Shown here piece by piece: positions 54,991 to 64,000 of a stretch of DNA of 64,000 nucleotides. The DNA is from Bilabrum cf. latius. Lineage: Eukaryota. A model generated the notes under the pieces. That model did no database searches. It was not told where the DNA came from and saw nothing but the letters and a program-made list of their open reading frames with translations. How positions within the stretch are numbered: the stretch's first letter is position 1; each line of letters begins with the position of its first letter. The stretch lies in NCBI GenBank assembly GCA_965178125.1, contig OZ237761.1:558001-622000 (forward strand), in the 5' to 3' direction. A program made the position numbers and the translations under genes.

Positions 54991-55196
54991 GCCACACAGC
55001 CGCAGCGTACAAGACATGGCGGTAAGATTTGGCGGAGTAGTGCACGTGCTCTTCCCAGCCCCGGTCAGTCCGGTCAAGGGTAGCGCACAGGCACAGCTTT
55101 GTCAGGTCTTGCCATGTCTGATTGTGGTGTATCCATATATGTATATATTCTCATCGTTTTTTTAAAACTCAAAAATTATAACTTAGTATTATAGAT

Positions 55197-55967
55197 ATGA
55201 ACTTTAATAATTATGTCATTGAAAATCCCGTCCTAATGAAGCAGATTTATAAGGCTACAGACCATATTACGGATAGCACGCAGAAAATTTTAGAGACCAT
55301 TACTACGTATGTAGATTTAGGTGGTAAGTTTTCCAAACCTAAATTAATTAATAAAAATATAGTTAGTGATATTAAAGAGAAAAAAGCCGTCAAAAAACCC
55401 AAGAAAGAAGAGAAACAGAAGATACAACACGATAATAACGACCAAGTTGAAATTAAGCAAACATACATTCTAGATAAATTTAATGACTATAAACCACCAA
55501 ATAATAAAATTTATAATGATGTAGATGATTTACAACCGCCAGAATTAATTAGATAGACCGCAATAGATGAAAAATTAACCGGTATGGAGCCTGACAGTGA
55601 AAGCGAAATAAACAGCGTTAGTACCGAACAAGACTAGATAGAAGCAGAAACTGATGACGAAATGATACCTGAGGAAGAGAAAAAAATAATAGGTGATTTA
55701 ATTAAATTAGAGAATCAGGATTATAGGTATAAAGTGTCCGTAAATGGAAATGATGTATTTTTTGGTGAAATTAATTTACCCGATGTAGAGGCTCTTAAGA
55801 AATAGTTTAGCCCTCGTAAATTACAAATTATGATATCAAAAATAAAAAGGAATTATAATATTAATAATAGCGATGATATCAACAGCCCTGAGTTTTGGAA
55901 TAGCCGGGTATATTTGACCCTTGATGTGAAGGCCGAACACGAAAAACTACAAGATATCTATAATTAA
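55197..55967 (+). CDS. Viral hypothetical protein (256 aa); C-terminus resembles the C-terminal domain of 60085..60792
   Basis: Open through TAGs to TAA. YKVSV...VFFG...KRNY...SPEFWNSRV parallels YMIKV...VHFG...KKNY...SPAFWSRFV. Confidence 0.7.
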
Positions 55968-56030
55968 AAGCCCCTACAACTTAATAAACGGGCTAGAATT
56001 TAATTAAATATTTTAATATAACCGCTATAT

Positions 56031-56170
56031 TAAAATCTATACGATGGCTATATCCACAAATTGCGTATAATTATATAGTATTTCTAGCAAAACGTGGATG
56101 TAGGGCCTCTTGTGAAGGTGGTATGGGACCTTTAGATAATTTTTAAAAATAGTTCCATCACTTTAGAAGG
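56031..56170 (+). repeat. Conserved structured non-coding repeat, copy 2
   Basis: Stem ctatatccac (56048-56057) pairs with gtggatgtag (56094-56103); second stem 56114-56129 pairs with 56152-56164. Confidence 0.85.
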
Positions 56171-56283
56171 TGTTAAAATACACCATTCATATCACAATCT
56201 ATTTTTTAGGGCTAAATGGCAAAAATCACCTTTTACCTTCATTAATTATTATAGCCCCTTTAAGCCCTCTATAATTAAATATG

Positions 56284-56302
56284 GCGTTTAAAATAGTTTA
56301 AA
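56284..56302 (+). promoter_or_regulatory. Viral promoter motif GYGTTTAAAATRRYTTAAA, 47 nt upstream of ATG
   Basis: The same motif lies 46-48 nt before four viral start codons. Confidence 0.7.
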
Positions 56303-56330
56303 AATATATTTCTAATAATATATATAGAAA

Positions 56331-59108
56331 ATGAATAATAAAAACCTCGTTAGTTTCCCCATCAAGCACAATCAAAAAATACCCGATGTTAAAAGCTGGC
56401 GTTATCTCACCAAACCCGAGCCTAAACGATTTAATAATCAGAATATGGCTATTATCACCGGAGAAATTAATAATATAACCGTGTTTGATATTGATTCATA
56501 TAAATGGAGCGATAAGAAGGAGCATTTATTCATCAAGAAATTTTCAGATGACTTTGTGAAGCGGTTCAACACATTCACGGTTAAAACAGCGGGTGGAGGG
56601 TATCATTTATATTTTAAATATGATTAGAATATATTAACTACCACCAATAGAGATATTGACGTTGATATTCGTAATGATGGGGCTTATGTAGTGGCACCAC
56701 CAAGTGGCATAAATGGGTCAAAATACGAAGTTATTAATAATGTAGAAATAAAAAAATGTCCTAAGGAGCTTTATAAATTTTATGAAAAGTATATTATTAA
56801 ATCCTCTAAGAAATCCAACGTAAAAGGGGCGAGTAAAAGGATATCAAAAATTGATAATCAAGATGTGAATAACTGTATGATGAAATTCATTCTAAATGGT
56901 AAAGACTGGTCAATTATATTAAATAGATTAGATAAGAAATATTTAAATAATTATAGTGATTGGTATAAAGCAACCCTAGCGAGTAAATATTTAGGATTTA
57001 AGAAGGAATGGTAGGAGTGGAGCAAGAAGGGCAATAAATACGACTACCACAAAAATAACAAGGTGTGGAACTCTATCCATTATTTTGATAAGTTAAAAAC
57101 CTTTAATTTAGTTAATTCAATAATTTAGAATGATAAAAGTTTAAAGGCATTTGTGAAGGATAAGTATATTTCAAAGTGTTATTATCGTCCTTATGACGAG
57201 AATATTAACGGGTATACAGAAATTAATAAACCTAAGTTAGATGATATAGAGAAGCCCGAACGCTTTTTTAAATATGAATATAACTATGTGGTAAAAAGTG
57301 ATACAGGAACAGGTAAAACAACAGCATTTAAGAAGTATATTAAACAGGTTCAAACGCCGTTCTTATCCATTGTGTCCCGTGTATGTTTAGGCACAGAGCA
57401 ATACGAGAGCTTTTTAAATGAAGATATTAAATGTGAGTTCTACCAGAATAAAGATTTTGATTTTGGATAGTCTCTTATTATTACGCCGGAAAGTATCCCC
57501 CAAATTGTGAATTATGATTTTTCTAAATACATCGTATTCTTGGATGAATTCAATAGCATTATAGAGCATATATTAAGTTCTACCACGATGAATAATAATA
57601 GGGTTCTTGTATTATTTATTATTTTAAAAATGATAAGGACGTGTAAATAGTTTATTGCTGTAGATGCTGACATATCCCAGATAGCGATGAAATTTTTAAA
57701 ATGTGCTGGAGTAGAATTTAGCTTCATTAAGAATAAATATAAGCATTTTAAGGACGTAAAAGTATATTTTGAAAAAGACCAATAGAAATTTTACGATAAA
57801 TTAAAAAGTGAAGATAAATTTATACTGGCGTGTGATAGCAAGAAGAACGCAGATACATTTTATAAAATGTTATGTAAAGATGGTATAGAGGACGTTAAAT
57901 TAATTACTAGTGATTTATTACCTGATGAAGATGTGAGCTTAGATAAATATGATAAAATTATATTTAGTCCTAAAGTCATTTACGGATTAGATAGTGTAAT
58001 GGAACGCCCAGTGTATGGATTATATAAAGGAAAAACGATTCTACCGCCGTAGATGATGTAGCAACTGGCAAGATGTAGAAATCCCGAATATATGAATATA
58101 TATTTTGAAGATGTAAAATCCATTTATCCAAGATATGAGAATTTAAAGGAGGTATAGACGACCTTAAATATGGAAATTAACGCATAGACAGATTTATATA
58201 CTAAATTAGAAAAATACGAAAAAAGGATAATGTAGGAGAATGATATTGACATTGATATTTTTGAGGGAGAAGATGATGAAGAGATAGCCCATAAAGCAAT
58301 GATAGAGGCATCATACAAGGTTTATTTACCACTCAAGAAATTATATAATTTCAAATGTGATACATACGAAACAAATAAATATATTCATTTATAGCTTATT
58401 CTTAAAAACAGGGGTGCCGATGTATAGGTGGATAAGGAATTACCACAACGAATGAATAAATAGCAGATGAAAGAGGCGACAATGGAGATACTACAAGAAA
58501 AGATTGATTCAATTGATGTAGAGAACGACCATATAAAAAGAAGAATTGAAATTTTAGGGCTACCAGAGACAGCCATAACGGAGGATATTAAAATGTTATT
58601 AATTGATAATTACAAATTAATGAATTATTTTAATTATGCTAATTTCAAGAGAAAAGATAAATATAAACTAATGACAGAATTAAAGGATAGAAAGGATTTT
58701 AAGGATGAGAAAGCAAAAAGTACAAAGAATAAAATAATCATATTATAGGAGATGTTATAGACGCTTAAATTGAATAAATTTGATTTAAGTTATACACGTA
58801 AAAATGAGAAATCCATTAAATATATAGAAATGGGTAAAAGATATGTAGAAGTAAGCGGGGCGAGATTATAGAAGCCAATAGAAACCGATAGTGAATTACA
58901 CGGGGCAATAGTAAAATTATATAAGTAGTTATTTGGAAATATTAAAACCTCTTGGAGTATGGGAAATAAAAAGGATAAAAAGGATAGAGAATTAAGAATT
59001 AAATTCACCAAGGAGAAAGAATTATTTGATGAAGTTTATAAATATTAGTATCCCGAAATGAAGGACATATACAAGGAATCCAACGAACGATTAGATCAGA
59101 ATATTTAA
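56331..59108 (+). CDS. Bifunctional prim-pol + PriCT-2-like + SF2 (UL9/origin-binding-like) helicase, 925 aa
   Basis: ITVFDID, TAGGGYHLYF, DIRNDGAYVVAPPS; YSDW...EWSK; KSDTGTGKT, FLDEFNS, M(TAG)QLARCR. About 19 in-frame TAG, no internal TAA/TGA; TAA stop. Confidence 0.9.
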
Positions 59109-59120
59109 TACCTTTTTTAT

Positions 59121-59139
59121 GTGTTTAAAATAACTTAAA
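59121..59139 (+). promoter_or_regulatory. Viral promoter motif, 46 nt upstream of ATG 59167
   Basis: gtgtttaaaataacttaaa. Confidence 0.7.
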
Positions 59140-59166
59140 CATTATATATTTATATAATATATAGTG

Positions 59167-59469
59167 ATGAGCGATATTTAGAGTTCAAGCAATACAGAGG
59201 AGCAACCAAAAATTAATTATATGTAGGAATATTACAAAACAAACAAAGACAAATGGAATAAAAAATATTTAGCTAGAGGAAATGAAAAAGTTAAATGCGA
59301 TGTGTGTGATTGTTATTATAGAAGGAAGGACAGAACGAGACACGAACGAACGAAGAAACACCAAAAAAATCTCAAAGAACCAAAAAAGGATATACTAGAG
59401 GAATATATCAAAAAACTTAATCAAACCCTGCTTAATAGCGGGATTAAACCACCGGAGATATCAATTTAA
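59167..59469 (+). CDS. C2H2 zinc-finger protein, 100 aa (absent from the ORF track)
   Basis: CDVCDCYYRRKDRTRHERTKKH. Two TAG; TAA stop; preceded by the promoter motif. Confidence 0.78.
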
Positions 59470-59509
59470 ATTTATCTATTTATTTATTTTTTATAAATAA
59501 AAAGATTTT

Positions 59510-60031
59510 TCAACCTTTAATAACCATCCAATTAGCGGACCAATCATTAGAGGAATTACCACCCGTTAAATGAATCGTAAATCCATCGGTTCCTGCTACT
59601 ACGTGGGAAAATTCAACCGGCTCACTGGCGGGGGTGATTGTAGTAATAAAAACCAAATCACTAGAAGTCATACCCGGAACACTAGCAAATTCAGTAGCAC
59701 CTCCACCACTCCAATTTACCCTTCCTTTATGCGCTACGGTGTTATTTGCTACTACTTCACCTTTTACGGTTAAATCACATTCGTGACCGTCTTCATCAAA
59801 ACTCATAACTAAACCAGCAGATGCGGTATTGGCACCGAATCGTAAAGCTTCACCCGAAGTGATGTAAGAGATACCCTTACTGTCAAGATGTAATCCTGCG
59901 TTGCTAACAACTACATCACTACTATTCACAACAGCATTTACATATAGACCACTACTATCTAATCTACCAGTTGCGACATTCTTACATTGAATAGATATAT
60001 CATTAGGTTGCGATAATCTTGCTAAGCTCAT
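59510..60031 (-). CDS. Viral hypothetical protein, Gly/Ser/Val-rich, possibly a virion fibre or minor structural protein (173 aa)
   Basis: Intact ORF with beta-strand-like composition. Function is inferred only. Confidence 0.65.
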   Translation of the reverse strand: MSLARLSQPNDISIQCKNVATGRLDSSGLYVNAVVNSSDVVVSNAGLHLDSKGISYITSGEALRFGANTASAGLVMSFDEDGHECDLTVKGEVVANNTVAHKGRVNWSGGGATEFASVPGMTSSDLVFITTITPASEPVEFSHVVAGTDGFTIHLTGGNSSNDWSANWMVIKG

Positions 60032-60084
60032 TTTTTGTATATATAAATAAGAGAAAAACTAAAACTTATATCAAACCTATAATA

Positions 60085-60792
60085 TTAAACTTTCATTAAT
60101 TTTTTAGCTCTATCTACGGCGTCCATAAAGCTATCTTTTAATGTTGGTTCATTCCATAATACAAACCTAGACCAAAAAGCGGGGGATTTATAGTCTTTAA
60201 AGTCTTCATTTATTGAATGTCTTTTAATATAATTTTTCTTTTTACGGTTTGCTTCCTTCTCTCCATCTTTATTATAATATTGTATAAAGTCCATATAAGG
60301 GGTACCATCATTCTTAATTCCACCAAAATGAACAGTAAACAGAATATTATTACCTTGAACTACTTTAATCATATATTTTTTATTAGATTTAGTTGATTTA
60401 TATAAATTAAAAACTGGTTTAGGTCTAAATGATTTCACGTGTCCGTTATTAAATTTTTCCTTCATTGCTTCCTCTATTTCTTCCGTGTCTAATTCTCCAA
60501 AGGTTAAAGGGGTCTCTTTATTTATTCTTTTAGTGGGTCTATATATATCTCCTTTTTCCTAATATCCCTTTTCTCCCTTCTAATTCTTCCAATCCTCTAA
60601 TTTCCATCGTCTTAAATTTTTCTATGCTTCATTTAATTTAATTTTATCATATGTCCCCCCTAGTTTTTTATAACGAGCAAAATATGCTAATGAACGATAA
60701 GCTGAAGGCTTTTTATACGTTCTATTTACTTTCTCAACTGCCTGACGCCATAATTTAGGATTATTAATATAACTAGGTATATTATCATTCAT
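60085..60792 (-). CDS. Two-domain conserved viral protein (DUF5872-like + Tlr6F/DUF5754-like), 235 aa
   Basis: KPSAYRS...YKKLGG, RWKLEDWKN(TAG)KGEKGY, DIYRPTKRI; then KKYMI...VHFG...YMDF...YIKRH...SPAFWSRFVLW. TAA stop. Family names are from recall and unverified. Confidence 0.7.
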
Positions 60793-60800
60793 CTATATAA

Positions 60801-60959
60801 TTAATAAAATGATAATTTTTTAATTGCGTGAGCCGTTTTCTTTCTGTATTCTTCATAGAGTCTTTTATTATTTGGATTCTTCATCAATTTATTTTTTACC
60901 TTCTTTAATGCCTTCTTAATAGCATACTAAACAAAGATATTACTAATAATATTAATCAT
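60801..60959 (-). CDS. Small basic viral protein (52 aa)
   Basis: ATG..TAA frame with one TAG that fills the gap between neighbouring genes. Confidence 0.45.
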
Positions 60960-60986
60960 ATATTATATAATTAATAAATATTTAAT

Positions 60987-62510
60987 TCAAAGTATAAAAC
61001 CGCCTTTTTTTCCTTTCCTTGATATAATTTCTTCTTTTTCATTTACGACCATTAAATCATTCTATCCGTGGATAATTAATTTCTATCCTTCTTTACCCTC
61101 TTCTTCAATCTTAAAATATCCTATTGCTTTTGCTGTGCGTAGGCGTATTTTTTTATTAAAAGTGATACTGTCGGTGTGTATTCTCACGATATATTTAGCG
61201 TTGTTCTAATTCACTTTCTTCATCAACTTAGACCGTCCATAACTCAACAAAAATGGCTTTATTTTTCCCCAGCTATATTTAAATGGCACCTTGTGTTTTA
61301 GATGATAAATAAATTCTCCGTCATCATCCATCTCCACACGGTCTATATTGAATTTGTCTATATTAATTTTGTCATTTTTAGAGGTTATAACCTTTTTCTT
61401 AGAACTACATAATTTACCCCATAGAGAATTTAATATTTCTTTGGCTAGACGTAATACATTCTTTAATTTAAAACATAATGCTGTCCTCCTGATATCATTA
61501 AATATACTCACATACTTAAAAAAAAGGCTATCACCTTTAATATATTTATCATAGGTCATAAAATTAAATTCGTCGCTTGACATCTCTATCTCACAACCAT
61601 ATTTAACAAACATATTAATATCAGTAAAGACATAATAAGTAAATTCATTTTCAAATACCTTCATCATTTGAAAGATATTCGGGTCGCATTTCCCTTGGCT
61701 CACCTTACATTTATAAATCCCTATTTCATTATTTTTAATTATCTAATTATTTTCAACTCGTTTATATATGGGGTTTCCGTATGGAAATAATGAACTTGAT
61801 GACATAATGGCGGGGTAATGACTATTTATATCGTAGGTGATAAACTCCTCATATTGTCCCTTCTTGTGATATTGAATCCCGCCACGCGTTGAACCTTCAA
61901 TAAATACCGCTTCCTCTGGGGTTATATCTGGTGGGCTATCTATCATCATATTAAACATTGTAAAGAAATGAAGGGCTGTTTGTCTGATTCCATATTTCAT
62001 TACATCTAATGATGGGTTCTCATCGTGTAATTCATCACTTGCTATACTCAACCTTAAACTCCATTCTTTGATATCTTCATCCTCTGGGCATTCGTGAATG
62101 GTATAATGAAGATAATATTTCTTTGAATGATAATCGGTCAGGCTCTCAACTCTATATTTATCTTTTTCAATTATTTCGGCTTTATCGGTTAATTTAACAA
62201 CCATAGATTTATGGCACCGCACAAATAAAGGTTTCATCCTCTAGACGGCTTTAAATGAACCATCTTTATATTCTAAACAAACCCTTTTAAAACTCTCTTT
62301 TTTCCTACTTAGATAATAGACCTTTATATCGTCTTTCTCTCTAATCTCTATATCCATTTTTAAACCTGAAACAAGTTTATAAAGGTTCTTTGTAGTTATG
62401 GGCTTACCGTTAAATACCTTTTCTAGATACTTTACGGATTGAATGGGGTTATCATACTTTTTACCAAAGCATATATTTAATTGATTTAACACATTTTCGT
62501 AATTTATCAT
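60987..62510 (-). CDS. polB: Protein-primed family B DNA polymerase, compact (507 aa)
   Basis: RGG, motif A YDINSHYP, motif B KEILNSLWG, motif C IHTDS. Motif C lies beyond the TAG at 61206. Five TAG; TGA stop. Confidence 0.88.
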
Positions 62511-62539
62511 TTCCTATAGTATATTATATTTAATATATT

Positions 62540-62558
62540 TTTAAGCCATTTTAAACAC
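62540..62558 (-). promoter_or_regulatory. Viral promoter motif, 48 nt upstream of the polB ATG
   Basis: Reverse complement reads gtgtttaaaatggcttaaa. Confidence 0.7.
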
Positions 62559-62588
62559 ATATTATAAAGTTTAAATTATAAAATGTAA

Positions 62589-62930
62589 TTATTGTTTCGG
62601 AGCAGTGAGGATTAATATAAATCTCTTCACTTGCTCATCACTTAAGAAGGTATAACGAGAAGAAGGACTGAATAGCATTACATCATCCTTTAGTTTAAAT
62701 ACTGACGAAGTTCGCCAGCCTATGGGGTAGAGAGAACTAACATACGCATCATAATTTTTTAAATGGGGCTTTTGTTTTAATAATCTCTAGATATATTTTT
62801 TTAATAAAGTCTTCATTTCTAAATCATTATATCCATCATCTGGACGAGGAGGAAACACAAAATTATATACGGGCTTATTGTTTTTAATAAGTTGAGTTCT
62901 AACAATTTGAATATCACGTAATTTAACCAT
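62589..62930 (-). CDS. Viral hypothetical protein (113 aa)
   Basis: ATG..TAA with one internal TAG; partial promoter motif upstream. Confidence 0.6.
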
Positions 62931-62975
62931 TTTTATATATATACTATAGATATTTTATTTTTAAGCCAAATAGAC

Positions 62976-62994
62976 GCGTTTAAAATGACTTAAA
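62976..62994 (+). promoter_or_regulatory. Viral promoter motif, 47 nt upstream of ATG 63023
   Basis: gcgtttaaaatgacttaaa. Confidence 0.7.
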
Positions 62995-63022
62995 GATTTT
63001 ATTTTATTATAATATATATAGA

Positions 63023-63568
63023 ATGTCAAAATTTGAGAGTTATGAACCGAGCGAATTAATGGAACTTTTAGAAGAAGGAGCCGTAAAGAAAGCCAAGAAA
63101 TATATTAATCAATTCTTCTTTAAAACTTTTAAAGGGATATTTTTTAATAATACCGTAGAAGATAAATTTGAACTAGTGGATGAAGACGAATTAAATGGTT
63201 TGTATCTAACCCCTGATATGAAGACCGACAGCGCCAAAAATCCATTTGTTCCATACATTTATATGTTTTCTAGTGAGCCCCCGATTTATTATACAGGAAA
63301 TTTTGAGAGTAAAGACCCCATAATGACAATTAAAAAGAAGGACAAACCCATCAAATATATTAATTTGTCATACGGTCAATTTATACCCGAGGAAGTAGAG
63401 GAACCAGAAGAAGAAGAAGAACCAATAAGACCCAAGAAAAAGACTAAGAAGAGGAATAAGAAGAAACAAAAACGTGATAATAATAGAAATGTTGATAAAC
63501 CAGATGATGAAGATGATGATGAAGAAACCTTTAGAGACCAACTAAACGAGGCATTAAAAGATTTCTAA
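63023..63568 (+). CDS. Viral hypothetical protein with acidic/basic tail (181 aa)
   Basis: Intact ORF, TAA stop, promoter motif upstream. Confidence 0.75.
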   Translation: MSKFESYEPSELMELLEEGAVKKAKKYINQFFFKTFKGIFFNNTVEDKFELVDEDELNGLYLTPDMKTDSAKNPFVPYIYMFSSEPPIYYTGNFESKDPIMTIKKKDKPIKYINLSYGQFIPEEVEEPEEEEEPIRPKKKTKKRNKKKQKRDNNRNVDKPDDEDDDEETFRDQLNEALKDF

Positions 63569-63680
63569 ATAATTTAATATTTCTACTAATATTAAATATG
63601 ATATCTTTATTAAAAGTTGAACACCTTGACCATCTAATAAAAGGGCTAGAATATTAAAATATATATGGTTATCTCTATAT

Positions 63681-63820
63681 TAAAATCCATACGATGGCTA
63701 TATCCACAAATTGCGTATTAGTATATGTATTATTTAGCAAAACGTGGATGGATTAGCTTTATGAAGATGATTTGATTGATAACGTATTTCTAGCCCAAAA
63801 GTTCCATCACTTTAGAAGGT
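63681..63820 (+). repeat. Conserved structured non-coding repeat, copy 3
   Basis: tacgatggctatatccacaaattgcgtat...agcaaaacgtggatg...gttccatcactttagaagg. Confidence 0.85.
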
Positions 63821-63979
63821 TGTAATATAGCCCCTTCTAACTCCCATCATCAATATGTTAAATATTAATTTTATCATTAATATCTAATTATTATTTACCA
63901 ATATGACATTTATAACAAATTGAATATTTCATATCTTTAATTCTAGACACTCCGCATTTTTTACACGCCTTTTTTCCAT

Positions 63980-64000
63980 TGATGCCAGAGTGTACGCGCA
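63980..64000 (+). mobile_element. Possible left end of a second YR-retroelement insertion
   Basis: TGATGCCAGAGTG is identical to the first 13 nt of the 52633 element, at an AT-to-GC transition. Confidence 0.5.

Larger units (their letters stand above)
52633..55122 (+). mobile_element. Internally deleted Ngaro/DIRS-type tyrosine-recombinase retroelement nested in the viral element
   Basis: GC-rich island bounded by TGAT at both ends. 81-bp direct repeats at 52806-52886 and 55031-55111. Gag-like ORF followed by a YR C-terminal remnant. No RT or RNase H. Confidence 0.82.
51001..64000. mobile_element. Endogenous Polinton-like virus / virophage-like element (left part; continues past the window)
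   Basis: Abrupt switch to very AT-rich, intronless DNA. Protein-primed PolB, prim-pol/helicase, GIY-YIG-like, C2H2 and NCLDV/PLV-type small genes. About 1 kb of non-coding terminus. Capsid, packaging ATPase and integrase genes are not seen in the window. Confidence 0.85.

Noticed and set aside
52806-55111. LTR retrotransposon or known ribozyme in the 81-bp repeats
   Set aside because: No TG..CA ends, PBS or integrase; a YR remnant is present instead. I could not match the repeat to hammerhead, twister or HDV cores by eye.
51001-64000. AT-rich block as bacterial, phage or organelle contamination
   Set aside because: It shares the host's TAG code, carries a host-like GC-rich retroelement, has PLV/virophage-type genes and a sharp junction. 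Read-level confirmation is still advisable.

Overview
Eukaryotic nuclear DNA from a GC-rich, gene-dense, intron-poor protist; a heterotrophic stramenopile (bicosoecid-like) is my guess, not established. The window uses a non-standard genetic code: TAG is read as an amino acid, almost certainly Gln, while TAA and TGA remain stops. The supplied ORF track therefore splits nearly every gene. With TAG=Gln, 1-51 kb resolves into about 14 host genes: a ~3,340-aa myosin with a repeat tail and MyTH4 domain, a sulfotransferase, MAPK15/ERK7, an ankyrin-CaaX protein, a BPL_N-like protein, a NYC1/NOL-like SDR, a repeat protein, an SDR-CbiX fusion, a GH47 mannosidase, an APS/PAPS reductase-ATP sulfurylase fusion head-to-head with a sulfite reductase flavoprotein, an HMMR-like protein and a hemerythrin-domain gene. 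At ~51.0 kb the hemerythrin gene is interrupted by a very AT-rich endogenous Polinton-like virus/virophage that runs off the right edge. It encodes a protein-primed PolB, a prim-pol/SF2 helicase, a GIY-YIG-like protein and a zinc finger, and uses the same TAG=Gln code. It carries a fixed-spacing promoter motif and three copies of a structured non-coding repeat. Inside it lies a GC-rich, internally deleted Ngaro/DIRS-type tyrosine-recombinase retroelement bounded by TGAT; a second copy may begin at the window's last bases. All coordinates and translations were derived by hand.
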